Shown here: one piece after another, positions 42,270 through 56,419 of the stretch | Numbering within the stretch: the stretch's first letter is position 1 | Layout: each line of letters opens with the position of its first letter | Source: Cyanophora paradoxa CCMP329 | Taxonomy: Eukaryota > Plantae > Glaucophyta | NCBI GenBank assembly: GCA_004431415.1 | Contig: QPMI01000395.1 | Coordinates: forward strand, 1 to 64,000 | Length of the DNA: 64,000 nucleotides | Direction of reading: 5' to 3' | Translations under genes and position numbers: made by a program | The notes under the pieces: model-generated | Databases searched by the model: none | Told to the model about the DNA's origin: nothing | The model's input: only the letters and a program-made list of their open reading frames with translations

Positions 42270-45200
42270 CTCGTAAGCAGCTGACCGCGCAAGAGGCCTG
42301 CTACGTTGTCGAGGCCGTCGTGCAGGCGCGGATCGCCTACGGGCTCAAAGTGACGCCGCTCACAGAGAAGCAGTGCGATCGCCTAGATGCCATCTGGATG
42401 CGCGTGGTTAAGCACCATGGGGGCCTGGCGGCATCGACTTCCAACTACGCGCTCTGGAGCCACGGCACGTACAGCCTGCCGCGCACAGCGCACCTGATGG
42501 CCAAGAACCAAATCACGGATCTGCTCGTGCGGCTCTGTGGAGAACCGGAAGAGCTGCTATCCCAGGTGATGTTGCACCGCATCCGAGACCTCCAGCGAAA
42601 GCTAGGCGTCCCGCTGCTGCCGACCGAGTTCCTGAACGCCCCAGTGTCACGCCAGCTTGCTCGATCGAACGCAATCGCCGCAGTGATGCCGCTCCTGCAG
42701 CGCCGGCTCTACCGGATCCAGTCCAACCACGCCCGCTTCCTGTTTACGCCGTACCCCCCCGCAGCCACTTGGCCCGACCCCGCGGAACTGCGCCGGGAAT
42801 TCGTGCTTGCCTCACACATTCCCCGGGAAGTGTTCAGCACGGCCGCGCCCGCCCTCCACCGCGCACGACTCTACTGGATGTCCGACGTCACGGCGCGCGA
42901 TGGGGCACGCCTCTGCACCTGGCGAGACCTGCACCTCCGCGCCCCCTGCGGCACGCTCCCTTGGGCAGCGCCCGCCTGGTGGAAGGCGGTGGCCAAGGCC
43001 CTCACGATCGACGGGCGCGGTTCGGGCGCCCTCCGATACCCCATGCGGCAACCGCCCGGTACCCCTTCCTCGGCCATGGTACAGCTTCCGGGCGGGGCAA
43101 GGAAGTTAATTCACCAACCGGGAGACTTCGTCTGCTACTACGACCTCGCAACGATTCACGAGACGGATGCGGTACCGGAAATCGGCCGGGTCCGCTCCGC
43201 CGAGGCTGAGGCCGGCAGCCTAGTAGCGACGGAGTGCCGGCTGGAGCACTGGGTCCCCGTCCCAGAAGAGGCCGACGACGAGGCCGACGGAGCCTACTGC
43301 CGCTGCGATGGCCACTGTCAGCTCGGACCCCGCGAAGGGCCGCCCGCCCCAGCTGCGCGCCGCTTTAATATCGTACCGGGAGAGGGCCGCCGCCACTGGC
43401 ACGACGACCACGTCTGCCCTCAAGGCGCCGGCGCGGCCTGCCGGGCGACGAGCACCTGCGATGACGAGGGCAAGTACGGGACGGCGGTGGGAGGATGGGT
43501 AGAGCACGCGTCCGCACTCTGCACGATCCCCGGCACGGTGGAGCTAGTAGAAGTGTCGGGCGCCCCCGTGGAAGAATGCGAGGGGCAGGTACAGACGCGC
43601 TCGGGGCGCGCCAGTCGCCAGGTCCTGCGCCAAGCCCGTCTTGAATACTTCAAGCCCTCCAGGCAGGCGGCCGCGACCATCACTGCGCACCGATGGCGGA
43701 TGCTGCTGCAGGCAAAGCAGGAGGGCGATGAGCGGGTCAACTGGCACCTCCTCTCCGAGCCCGACGCCGCTCACCTCGCCACGCTCGAGGCGAACCCGCC
43801 CGACTTGCCCCCCTGCCGCAAGATGAAGCGCCCCCGGTCAGCTCCAACAAGGAGGCGCGCGAGCTATATTACTATCAGGCCGATCCGTACAGTTGGGTTG
43901 CATACCTGGAGACCTGGAAGGGCCTCGAAGCCCGCTACCGCAAAGAGCACCTGGAGGCCGAGGCGGCGCCTGGCGGCTCATACGTGGCCGACGCCCCAGC
44001 GTACGCCTGGACGGACGGGAGCCTGAAAGAGGGCCAGACGGTTAACGCTCGCGCGGGCTACGCAGTACACTGGCCGGAAACGGACCTCAGAACTGGCGCA
44101 AGCCTGCACCCGCCGGGTATCCTCACGGACTTCTTTGCCCGGCTCCGGGGCCTGCAGGAGATCAACAAGGCGGAACTCCAGGCGGCGCTTATGGCTGACC
44201 TGCTCTCGCCTTTCGGAGCGGTTCTACACGTCGACAACATGAACGCGATCCGCTGGTACTCCGATTTCGTCCAGCACGCGAGCTGCCGCAGCCCGCGGGA
44301 ATACATCCGGCACGCCTGCTCCGCGGAACTGTACGCATGGAGCAAGCTCAGGACAATGCTAGAGGAGCGCGGGCGGCCGCTCAAACTCGTCAAAGTCAAA
44401 GCGCACGCAAAGGGCGACGCCCGCGACCCCCACAACGACGTCGCGGACGCCGGAGCGAACGTGGCGGCCGACCTGGAGCTGGCGGACGAACACCGGCATG
44501 AGCCTCTCTTTCTGCCGCCGGCCTTCAGCATGCCTGCGGTGCTCACCATCAGCGACCCCGACGGGCGCACACGACGGGTGGAAGGGGACCCCAAGGCACA
44601 CATGGACGCACTTCACGAGCACCAGACGCACTTTGCCTGGACCCAACAACCGCTGGCTGGCGCGCTCCTGCGCCGAGGCGCCGACGGCGCAGACATAGCA
44701 GGGCTATATGCGGAAACGAGCGTAGGTTCCCGATTCCAAGGCGCCAATGGAGCCCGCAACGCGCTATTCAAGTTTCGGACGCAGCTGCTCTGTAGCTCGC
44801 TACCAGCGAACGAAGTCCGGGTACGTGACCAGAAGGAACTCTACGCCGCCTGCAACCCTGGGGGACGCTGTGCGGGCTGCGCCACCAGAACGCCGCTCCC
44901 TCGTGCAGAGACTAGCGGCCCGACAGCCTCACAGAACAGCCAGACTGCAACAGAGGCCTCGCATGCTCAACCAGCAGCGGGCGCCAGCCGCCCGATCCGG
45001 GCACCGACGGCTCTCACCGCAGGCCCGACTGAAACTTTCCCGCACGTCTTCCTGTGCCCGGGTCCGCATGCGGTCGCGCACCGCGCGGAGACTGCTCGCG
45101 AACTGAACCGACTTCTGCTCTGCGCATACAGAGAGGCCCACGGCCTCACAGCGCCGCCAGCAGGAGCCCTCCTTGCTCCCGACCTGGTCCCAATCTTCCT

Positions 45201-46734
45201 CCGCGTCGCGGACGACGACACCGAGGCGCGCAGCTACGATGGTAGGCCGTACGCGTATCCGCGCCTCTGGGTGCTCCAGGGCCTTGCTCCGCAGAGTCTA
45301 GAAAGCGCCCTCACACGCTGCCTGAACCTTGCACCCCGGTACGCGGCACGCGCAGCTAAACGCGTTCGGCAAACGCTTCTGGAACGGGCCCGACGCCTCT
45401 GGTCACGTCGCTGCGAAATCAACGCGGAGTGGGAACGCGACTGCCGCGTCTCCCAGGCCTCAAAGAAGCGACCGCGCCCGCCCCGCACGGGCGCCCGCGC
45501 CCGAGAGCGGGCCCGCGGCCCCGGACCTGTAAGGAAGTCTGCGCCGCCTGCGACGGGCCGATTCGCCTTCACAATCTACTCAACGCCGCTCGGAACGCAG
45601 ACTGCCCACCGGAGTACGCGGGCTGGAAGGCGGCGCTCCGCGCCCAAGAGCTCTACGATTGCGTCAAGGTACGCCCTTGGGAGTCACATCCTAGCCGCTC
45701 TAAACGGTACCCCGAGCCGCGCGAAAGGGGGGGGGGGGGGGGGGGGCTACGTCGGGAGGAGACTCTCGACACCACCTACCTACTACTTCACCATACCTAG
45801 TCCTCGAGAAACTTACCTGATCTACTCTTAGCCTCGCACACACTAGATATAGCCGCCCCGACCGACTCGCTGGGCCCCGCCCAAGCGAGCGCCTGCCTTG
45901 CCTCCCTCTCCCGCTCTGCCCTCCCGCTCGCTCTCTTGGCCCTGCCTCCATTCACGACCTCGCCCGCGCTCCTCGCGCCTCGACAGGGAGGGAACGATGG
46001 ATCGGAAGGCTTGGCGGAAGGCTTCGGCTGGTCGTTGCACCCACCAGATACCCCGGCCATCGTGCCAGGACCGTGGGTTGAAGGACCGCCGCGGAGGGGG
46101 GCTCGCAATTGCCCGCGGCGGGGGTGCGGCGGCTGGTTCGAGGCTGGAAGCCCTGCTGACCGAGAAATCCGACCCTCCCCTCCCCGCCACGGCCGGCGCC
46201 GACCTTCTCCGTCCCGCCCCACTTCTTCCCCGCAACGTCCCCCTCGCCTCATTCCCCTCGGCCCTCTACGCCGACGTGCTTCCACCCGCGCTTCGGGCGA
46301 GCGGCCCCCTCGACGCGGAGCCCGCCGCGCTAGCTGTAGTCGCGGCCGCGTCGAGAGTAGGCAGATTAGACCGCGGGTCCGTCCTGGCTTTCCTACCGTA
46401 CAGTAGAACAGCCCGCGAGCTCCGGACGTCCCGACGGTCCCTAGGCAGGCAGCACTAGCAGTAGTAGTGTTTTAATTTACCTCCCTCTCGTAGACCCTGG
46501 GTAGTCCTCTCGGTAGCCTAGTCCTAAGCTAGGCTAGATGTATAGGTAGTAGCTCTCTGCTCTGGGTTAGCTTTGCTTTAGTTTACGTCTCCTTGACTAG
46601 CTCCACCCTGTCCGATGGCTGATAGGTTCCCTACCCGGCGTAACCAGTAGGCTCATCTTTCGACTTGACACTTTACGGACTCCTCAGTTCTATCATTAGC
46701 CGTATTGTCTCGGTGTGTGCGAATTCACTAATGG
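42270..46734 (+). mobile_element. 5'-truncated non-LTR retrotransposon (LINE) with RNase H
   Basis: 17-bp TSD ATAATCCCGAGTCCCGG at 42253-42269 and 46735-46751; the ORF starts mid-RT-thumb; no poly(A) tail. Confidence 0.88.
42272..45831 (+). CDS. LINE ORF2 C-terminal part: post-RT region, RNase H and CCHC Zn finger (frameshift in a C-run near 43810)
   Basis: RNase H motifs WTDGS, NKAELQA, HVDN, VKVKAH and HNDVAD; CAGC...ETFPHVFLC Zn knuckle; the N-terminal RKQLT...YVV.AVV.ARIAY resembles the RT thumb. Confidence 0.85.
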
Positions 46735-46751
46735 ATAATCCCGAGTCCCGG

Positions 46752-47445
46752 GTCCGGGACTCCGGGTCCAAAGACTCATTAATATTAATATTGAGCGCAT
46801 TACTGCAGTAATATTGTGTTATACGGTACTTACCTTGTAGTTACTCACCTATAATTGTTACTTACTCCGTGTTCGCATATGAGCTCAACAAGCAAGATCA
46901 TCGGAATCGAATTCAATCGATGATCGGATCTGGAGCGCGGGTGAGTTGAACTGAGTTCAACGGTTGCATGAAAACAATTCAGAAGTCCCGGAGTCCTCTA
47001 TCAATGTGACAACGTCGACGTGCACGGTCGACGTCGTGCCACGGTGCACCAACTTAGGCAAGCGCACGTGCACGTGCACGTTGCCGCATCGCCGCGGCCG
47101 TCAACGTCGACGTCATTGCGGGAAGTCGCAAGCCTGCAGGCTGGCAAGACTCGCAACGTCAGTTACCGTAAAACACATGTACAATATTAATGCGCTCAAT
47201 ATTAATGCGTTTTTGGACCCGGCCCCCAAGTGTGGCGAATAATGCGCCCCCAAATTAATGCGTTTTTACGCTTCGTCGCCTGCGCATGCATTAGAGGGGT
47301 ACTGAGGTCTTCTGACAGCAGTTTCTTCGCAATCTGGTATAATCAGTGGTATTAATGCGCCCCCAAATTAATGCGCGTTTCCACGGCAAAATACGCATTA
47401 AATTGGGGATCCGGACGCATTAATATTATGCGCACATTAATATTC
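46752..47445. repeat. Foldback/MITE-like element rich in TAATGCG/CGCATTA; its left part (42093-42252) is separated by the LINE
   Basis: The same motif family (TTAATGCG..., GGCAAAACGCATTAAT) occurs on both sides of the LINE and at 48090-48170 and 48833-48947. Confidence 0.55.
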
Positions 47446-48170
47446 TGTTTTACGGTAACGTTGCGGGAACCGTACGCGTTGAACTTGCCATGGCCAGTTG
47501 CCAACTTGGCAAGTTGCCGCCCAACTTGCCGGTACTACTTGGTCCGGTAGTACTACGGTACTACGGTAGGTCCGGCCCGGCGGTACTTGCAAATTACTAA
47601 AAACCGCACCACATAAATACCGCACCCCATATATACCGCACCCACTTAATTACCGCGGTACCAAATTACCGCGCCAAGAGTTTGTTAAAACGCGGTAATT
47701 TGGTACCGCGGTAATTCTCTCCGCAGAAGATACCCCGTACAGTACCCCTCCAACATTACCGCGGTATTTTGCTCTATGGCGGGCCGGGTGCGGTAATTTA
47801 TGCCGCGGTAATTGCCAGACGGGGCCGCCGCCCCCCGCCGGGCGCCGGCCGGCGGCGCGGCGCCGGCGCCAACCGCCGCCAAGATATCCATGCATATGAT
47901 TATCGCGATCGATTGGTCTGAAATTCAGACTCTGAATCGAGTTGCGTTGAAGCACAAGGTGATTGGACATTCAATGCTTCTGGTCTGAAATTTTAGACAT
48001 GCATATGCATAATCATAGTGTGCGCGGCGCTAGCGCAGCAGTAGAAGCGCTGCGCGCGCGCACAGCGCCGCACACTGCCGCACAGCGGCGCACTTAAGTA
48101 CTGCGGTCCCAAATTAATGCGTTTTTTGCTGGCAAAACGCATTAATCATTGAATTCGGGACCGCATTACT

Positions 48171-48414
48171 GTCAGTTCATTATGTTAGACGGATTCTCGT
48201 CTATACGGTATAGACGAGCGAGCTAGCGCTGATTCGTCTAACTAAAACCATCATAACAGGTCGTCACACGGCGTAGACGGGGCGCTACCATAGTAATGCC
48301 TCATAGCAGCGGTACCAAGCTCGTCTATCATTGACCACCGTGGCACGTGACCACGTCTATCGCGCACGGGCTGCAAACGTCTAACAAAGGCGACGTCTAA
48401 CATAATGAACTGAC
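48171..48414. mobile_element. MITE-like element with 21-bp perfect TIRs
   Basis: GTCAGTTCATTATGTTAGACG / CGTCTAACATAATGAACTGAC with internal CGTCTA repeats; no clear TSD. Confidence 0.7.
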
Positions 48415-48832
48415 GTACACTGTAGTCTGACAGTAATTAACCTGGCGAGGCTGGCGTTGAAGACGGTTGAACCCGCACTAGCTCAGTCTAGCTGTAGTCG
48501 GCCTTAGTGATGCCTCTGAAGCGCGGCGTGCCTCAGCCGGGCGAGGAGCCTGCCAGCCTCAAGCTCGCCGAGTCACTGAGTTGCCCGGTGCCACAAGTTG
48601 CAATTGCCAAGCCTAACCGGTACTACCGTAGTACGGACTGTACGGTAGGGCGCCCGCGGCCGGCGGCGCCGGGCGCTGCGGGCCTGATCATGAGGGCCGC
48701 CGCACTGCGGCGCCGGCAGACGCCGGCAGTGCGCCGGCCCTGCGGCCCTGGCTGGCAGTGGCTGCGGGCCACTGCAGTCTGCAGCTGGGGCCACACTGCC
48801 GCCACACTGCGGCCACAGCGCTACCGTGTAAC

Positions 48833-48947
48833 ACTTAATTAAGTAATGCGCGCACTTAAGTAATGCGGTCCCTAATTAATGCGTTTTTCGCTGGCAAAAC
48901 GCATTAATTTGGGACCGCATTACTTAAGTGCGCGCATTACTTAAGTA
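48833..48947. repeat. Near-perfect palindromic foldback repeat
   Basis: TTAAGTAATGCGCGCACTTAAGTAATGCGGTCCC...GGGACCGCATTACTTAAGTGCGCGCATTACTTAA. Confidence 0.8.
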
Positions 48948-49889
48948 CTACGTACTACGGTATACTGTAAAGCAGGCCGGAAATATTTAAGATATTGGAT
49001 ATTATTAGTACTAAAGTTCTAGGGCCTGAGTACTAAAGTTTTTTATACTATTAAACCCGAGGTCCGTGGGGGGTACGTAGCGCAGTAACGTCGGCGCGGC
49101 CGTAGGTGAATTGCTCGAAGGGAGCGTAGAAGCCCGCGGCGTCCGACGGTCTCCAGCGTCGAGCACTCCCACCCTTGCACGCACCGCTCCCGCGTGCACC
49201 CCGGAACCCCCTGCTAAAGGCTTCCGCGACCAACTCTTAATTATTTTAGGCCTATTAAACCGGCCAAACCCCGGAATTACTAAACATTACTAAACAACTT
49301 ACTAAACATTTTCCTGCTTTACAGCACTCTACTTCACATTCCAATGATTCCATATTATAGTCTATACCTAGCGCTACATTCCATACTAGTACGTATACTG
49401 TTCGCCAACTGGCAACTTGTGGCAAGTCGGTGCTTACTAAGTTAAGCGCGGCCAAAGCGCCTAAGCTTAATTGCAAAGCGTAACTTACCTTTAGTAAGCG
49501 TCCAAGCCTTGAAGCTTAAGCCTCGGAGCCCGCAGCAGTCGGCTGCTGCTTACAGTGAGCTGCAGTCTGGCACTTGCTGGAAGCCTGCAGTTAACGTTCG
49601 CCCACAGCATCATCTGCTAGCTCGGCGATGCATGCGCATATGCGCATGCGAGCGGACGATGCAAATGCATATGTATATAGCGACCTCGAGCTCGACGGCA
49701 AAGCCCGCGACAACGGCAAAGCCATACTTAATCCGTGCGCATGCATATGGGCATGCGCCATTGCTTACACGTGCACCGTCGCACTGCCATATATATATAA
49801 TATATATGCTTAAATCGTTGCTTATATATATGAGCGTGAAATCGCCGTGAATACGCGAAGTCCGAATACATGTTTATGTGGTTGGCGCA

Positions 49890-52800
49890 GGCCGCCCGTA
49901 CTTGACGGCGCCGCGTTGCTGACGAAGAAGCTTGACGATGCCAAGAAGAAGTGGGAAGAGGAGACCAAGGGTGCGGATATCCCCGCGATACGGGCAAAGG
50001 TACGATATGCTTGACATCCTGAAGCGAACAGATCTCGAGGATCGGAACTAGCTATATATATATACAGGATGAGGGAAATGGCGTTGACTTTCGTTTGCAA
50101 CTGCAGTCCATGGAGGAGGCGGGAAAGCTGTTTGATGACATCGTCAAACTGGAGCAGAATTCGAAGCCTAAAGGGCGTTTCACTGACCAGGATCTGACCG
50201 AGGCGCTCGCCCATGCAACCCGCGAGCTCTTCCCCCCGGGCGTCTGCGCGTACGTATGATCACTGCGTTACTTACTAGATGCGATAGACTCGCCTCCAAC
50301 TTGCTACGTGTACGCTTGAGACGCTCCCGATTGCTGACTGTGCCACCTGTTCATGTCGGGCATCCGCGCGCGTGCAGGATCTTCAAGATGCACAATCCGC
50401 AGATGGGAAGGACCGTGGACGCTATGCATGGCCATACCGGCGAGGCTTCGCAACCGCTACTGGAGCACCCGCTGCTCTCTGCGATCAATGCCCTGGATCC
50501 GGAGTACGCGTACGAGGACGAGGATAGCCAGAATGAAGACGAATCCGAAGACCAGAGCTTCCGGTCGCGGATCCGGAAAGCAGACAGCATCCACGTTATG
50601 TGCTACAAGATAATTCTTCAAGAATACGTTAGGGTCCTCCAGGTTCGGTGGCAGCCGCCCGTTTCTTTCACTCGAATTCGACTCGTTTCTTCAAAATGCA
50701 GAACGAAGTCATCAACATTCGCACGGTGCGCGCCAAGCGCAACCTCGTCATGCAAATGATCCACAAGGAGCACGTCGACCTCGCCTTGTGCGTTATACTG
50801 TATGATCTAGGTGTAAAATCATTCGAATCAACATGATATAGTCCACTTGTATACATTAATCGTACCCTGCTTAGATGGTACCTCAAAGGCTGCGAAATGA
50901 AACCTCGTCTGGACATGTTCCCCCCGGACCTGTCCTACGTGGACATCGACGAGAAGAACTTTCTTGCATACGCGTTTGAAAACGCGGCAGACCGGCTTGA
51001 TGAATTTATCGAGATAGTGCCCCAGCAGAACCGCAAAGCACTCCTTAATCAGCGCGTTGGAACAAAGAAGGTGCACTCCGGGGGACAGACCATTCTTATG
51101 AGGGTAAGACAAATTTACCTTTATATATTTAGAGCGTTAGCATCCGTCCCATGCTTTAGGCTAAGAGCGTTTCGGCCTCTTGTTCCGCTAACAATACTCC
51201 GCAGGCCTCCGAATGGGGCAATGAGGACGTAGTGCGCCTTCTTCTCAGGAACGGAGCCGATCCACGCATCCTAGACAACGATAATTGGACGGTACGAGAG
51301 TTCGGCTGTTCCTTCAGACAGAGTTCACAATCTCAGTCCTAAAAATGCAACTGAAACAGTTCGAATTCTCTCTCCTAGCAATACCTAGCAATTGAAAATA
51401 AATGGAGCTCACGTAGCGTATATATATATAAATCTTTCCGCAGGCGGCGTTTTACTGTGCGAGCCCTGACAACAGCCCTCGTCTGCTCTACCACTTCTTC
51501 GGTGGGAATGGAATGTTGTGCGCACGATCGGCTTATGATTAGGTATATATATAATGCAGGACTAGTACTTATACAGGCACACGACGCGCAGCCACTCGTC
51601 AGCAGTGTATCAACATTTCAAGGAAGACATGACGGAGGAAGACCTCGAGAAACTTCTGAGCAGCTCGAGCTCCGGCTACCGCGCACGTGGCCGGTCATCG
51701 GACATCAAAGGCTTGCGTAGTCTTAAGAAACAAAACCTCCTCCAGTGAGCCCGCTCAACGTCATGATCAACATTAATATTGTTAAATTGCACCCCTGACG
51801 TACTTGCAATTGCAGCATTGCTGCTGTGTACGGGAATTACGAAGTTTGCGCGGTCCTTCTCACGGATTTCGGCTTCGCTGACGTGAGTTTGCCGCTGTGG
51901 TGGCGCCGTGCATGATTGCATCTGTCTCGAGCTCACGATGAGTCCTCATGACTCCAGATGATTAACGACCGTGATGACGATGGGCGCACACCGCTTGTGC
52001 GTCCCATGGCCATGGCCACTTAAGCTTGCATTGCAATTGGCTTTGTCGCATGTCGAAATTGATTCCATTCCGTGCTCTGCACAGCTACTTGCCACTATTC
52101 ATCAACACGAACAAGTAGTTGACTTGCTCCTCAAAGTAGAGCTTGACGAAGAGCAAGAGCAGGCGTTGGAGGATGTCCAGGTATAAAAATTGATATATGA
52201 TTATTCCCGGTATTCCCCGCAGAAGCCAACTAAATACGTTTACGCTTGTTTCTGCAGGTAGCAAACAAGTACGTTGAAGACAAAGTCGGAAAGGTGGCGC
52301 TGGAGTACGCTCTGGAGAGCGAGCATTTCGGAATTGTCGCTTCACTGCTTGAAGGAGAACTGGTGATGAAAAACCAAGAGAACGAGGACAATCCCGAATA
52401 TCAAGTTTCCGGAAAAGTTTGCACCATCCTCCCTGGCGCTGTTTACGATGGTGGAGTCACACCGCTGATGGTGCGCGCATCCAAATGAAACCGCTCATAC
52501 CGTATGTCTACGTTTGCGGGGCTGACGCTGCACTTAATTATAATACAGAAAGCTGTCGGCAAGGATGCTAATCTCGTCAAGATTCTGACGCTGGCAGGAG
52601 TTGACGTGAACGCAAAGGACAAGCAAATGCGAACAGCACTCATGTATCTCGCGGTTGAAGCAAACGGGCCCCCCGAACTACCGGCGGCTTTCAACATGTC
52701 GCTTCGACATCTCTTGGACAAGGATATCGTCCTCGATTTCCAGGATTCGCTCGGCCGCAATGCACTCCACCTGTGTTCGAAGCTGTTCAACAACGCTGCA

Positions 52801-55800
52801 TACGACACCACGGCCAACGCGGTCTCTCTCGCACAAGTGCTGCTGGAGTTCGAACCATCTGTGATCAACACGAAAGACAACCAGGGCCGCACTCCGCTCT
52901 CTTACGCGTCCATTTACGGCTTCGGCGAATCGTCGTTCAAGGACATCTTTACCGACCACCTTGAAGTGGAGCAGATCCTTTGCGATGACGTGACAGGCAT
53001 GAACGCGCTCCTGTGGGCAGCATACGCCGGATGCAAGGAGACTGCCAACCTGGCCGAGGCAGTCGTTAAGATCTTCGACAATTCGGATAAAACCAACAAG
53101 CACTTTGGGCAGTCGCAGCAGTTTAGCTACGTGAAAGAGTTGAAGACGTTCACTCCAAGGGAGCAGTTTGCAATTATTCAACTTCTTGCAAGCAAAAAGG
53201 AGGTCAACGTGGAGAAGGTTGTTCGTAGCCGCTGCTCGAAATCATGGAACGCCGACGGCAAGTCGATCGACGGGCGGCTGCATGCCGCCGTGATCTTTGC
53301 CATCCATTTCGGACGTCTGGCCATGGCACAGCAGGAGGCGCGCAGTGATGAGTACGCGGAGAAGAAGAAGGAGGCTCTAAAGCTGGCCGTGAAGATGCTT
53401 GACGAGATGGTTGCGAGCCCAGGCGACTTCGAGGTGAGGGATCCGCAGAAGATCATCTGGCACAAAGTCATCATCGACTTCGCGCACAAGGATCCGGAGC
53501 GCTTGTCCAAGAGGCCCACGTCCAGGAACGTCATCGAGATGCTGGAGGAGATCGGCCCAGACGCAGGCAAGCTCATCGCCCACCCGTGCATGATGCAAGA
53601 GCTGGACGGTGTCTGGCGCGGTAAATCCGAGCCAGGCGAGTCCATCGTTGAGCTCGCGTTTCTCAAGCCCTTCTCCACGCTCATCACGGCGCGCGAGTCG
53701 GACGAGCCTGCCGCGAGCTGGGACCTATTCGCCCGCAAGGACATGTTCTTCGGGACGCCCCGCGGGAAGTTCTTCATGGAGTTCGCCTTCTACGTCATGT
53801 TCCTGGCCGTCTTCACGTGGGCCCTCAACTGGCAGACCGAGCAGCTCAACGTTGCCGACTTCTTCATGGCCTTCCTCCTCGTCAGTTTTGTCGTGTCAGA
53901 GGGCTCACAGGCCTTCCAGGAGGGCCCGAAGTACTTCACGTCCATCTGGAACTTTGCGGATGTGCTCATGGTGATGCTCTTCATTGCTTACTATGGCGTC
54001 CGCATCAAGAACATCTTCGTCTTCCACCATGTCGATGTGCGTACGCATGCGAGAGCTTCTGACGATTTCGAACTCTTATTATATTTTTTTTCAATCGGCC
54101 AGGTCACAACGGCGTATCGAATCCTAGCTTTCAATTCCATTCTCCTTTGGACGCGCTTGCTCAACGTCTGTGACCTTCACTCGACGCTTGGTCCCCTCCT
54201 CACCATCATCAAGAACAGTGCGACGGCTGGGTTGGGCTCTAGGTCTGGGTCATTCCATATCGCGAATCTTATGCTTGTGGGCAGTGGCGACGGACACTAT
54301 CACGTTCCTGGGAGTGCTGCTGTTGGTTATGCTCGGGTTTTCTCAGCTCCTTCACATCCTCATCATCCGGATCCTCGTGCGCCAGACCGGGACCCGGCCG
54401 CGGGAGCCAGAGCTGTAATTATACATGTGTTACATGTGTGCCGATATATAACGATCGCGAGCGCAGGAGCCCAACGAGCAGACTCCGCAGGACACAATCC
54501 TATTCATGTTCAAGACCATCCTCGGCGACGTATGTCCATCAATGTCGAACTCGCTCATAACTTCTTTAGTAAGCCCATTAATCAACGTTTCGCTATCGCC
54601 TACTCCCGCAGAGTGACATCGACTACGTCATCGAAAACAGCTCGATGGTTGGATTCACCATCTACTCGTTTTATCTCGGTGCTCATGTGATCACCCAGAA
54701 TTTAGATGTGCTGCCGCGCGCACGAGCAGTGCCGGAGCTGACGCAGCTTGGCCCAGTGCTCTCTGTGATCATGCTACTCAACCTCCTGATTGCTGTATAC
54801 GGCGGCACTTACGCCAAAATAGGTTCGCGCTGCGAAATGCTAAGCTAGGCCCAAATTATTCTAGGCCCACAGCTTCTTACGGATGCTCCTTCTGTGCAGC
54901 TGAGCGAGCTGAAGACCAGTTCCAGTACACCCGTGCGCAAGCCTATCTGGAATACATGGGGCGAGGCTTCGTGTACATCCCGCCACCCTTCAGCCTCATC
55001 CAGTTCCTCGTTCGCGTGCTTCTCGAGAAGCCCCTGTGCGCTCTTGGAGGCAAAATGTTCGAGGGCCTGGGCACCAAGATATCTTCCCTGATCTTGATGG
55101 CGATGATCCTGCCATTCGCCATCTTCTTTGCGGTTCCGTACTCAATCTCCTATGGAATATCGAGCCTGGCAGTGAAGGCTAAGAAGAAAATCAAGGAGCA
55201 TACGCAGTCAAACGCGAATGTGATATCGACGTCGACGCAGCCGCATTCCAAAATATCTGCAGCCAGCAAGCCGACGCCGGCTTCCTTCAATCCAAATGCA
55301 ACTTCAGTGTCCTTCAACATGAATCATGGTCAAGGTCCGGCGACTGGCAATGCAGCGAAATTCGGAGCAGCAAAAGTTGAACAGAAGAAAGCCCGGCCGC
55401 GGTCAACTGCGATCTCCGTTGCACGTTTCATTATTCTAGTGGATACAGGACTGCGGATGCTCCTTGGCAGGAGCGTCGCTGCCGACGCAGGCGCAATCAC
55501 GCAGCTGAAACAGTTCAAGGCCGGCAGCGAGGACGACCGCCAGAAGCAATTCGACCTTGAGCTGTGGGACGGCGAGCGCCAAGAGGACGAGGAGCGGGCG
55601 GCGGAGCAAATGAAAGCGATGGGCGCAATGCTGGATGTCATCCGGCAGCGTCAACAGGACATCGACAAGAATGTCAAGCGGTCCTCCGACATGCTCACCT
55701 CCATCGTGTCTGGCAAGCTTAAGGTCGGGATCGACGGCGCAGCAGGCCTAGGATCGGGCGTGGTGGATGGCATCCGCCGCACTGTGTCACGGCTCACCAG

Positions 55801-56122
55801 CCAGGCGTCGATTTCCAGCACGAACGAGGAGGTGGGCACGGCGGCGCAGACGGCGGCCTCGCGCGTCTCGGTCGACATCCAGCGCCGGCTGGCGGACATG
55901 GAGGACAACCTCGCGCGCCGCATGGAGCGCGTTGTCGACCAGCGCCTCGCCTCCGCCGGCGCCCTCCAGGCCTCCGGGTCCCGCTCCGCGCCGGCGCCGT
56001 ACCAGAGCGGCTCCGGATCCGTCGAGGAGCTCGCGGCCCAAGTGCGCGCCATGAACGCCTCCATGCAGGAGTTCCGCGACTACGTCCAGAAGAAGAAGCA
56101 GAAGCGCGGTCTCTTCAGCTAG
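49890..56122 (+). CDS. Ankyrin-repeat TRP-family cation channel (multi-exon; 5' end uncertain)
   Basis: Ankyrin repeats (G.EDVVRLLLRNGADP, AGVDVNAKDKQMRTAL, DNQGRTPLSYA), TM region with YFTSIWNFADV, LGPLL.II, S6 IMLLNLLIAV, TRP-box-like QFQYTRA followed by IPPPFSLI, and a C-terminal coiled coil; GT-AG introns join the frames. Confidence 0.88.
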
Positions 56123-56419
56123 GGCAGCGATACCAGCAGCAGGTGCAGCGACGCAATTGTCGTTTCTTTCTATATTAATATTGCCTTACGCCGAGCTCGC
56201 TTCAACAGATGCAATTTTCTTTTTAATTCAAACCCGCCACATCCTGTCGACAAGTCAGCTGCAGCTTGTGATTTGCTATTGACATCATGATCATGATAAT
56301 CTTGAGCAATTATATTGCCTGGCATAAAAAGGGAATTTATTTCTCGCCTCCAGCGGCGCCGGCGCTCACTTTTCGTACCTCCCCCGCCGCCCACCCAGGA
56401 GCCTGAGAAACGCATTCGA

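Noticed and set aside
46615-46660. Possible hammerhead ribozyme in the LINE 3' end (CTGATAG)
   Set aside because: The core is not CTGATGA...GAAA and is not conserved in the second copy at 56912-57041.
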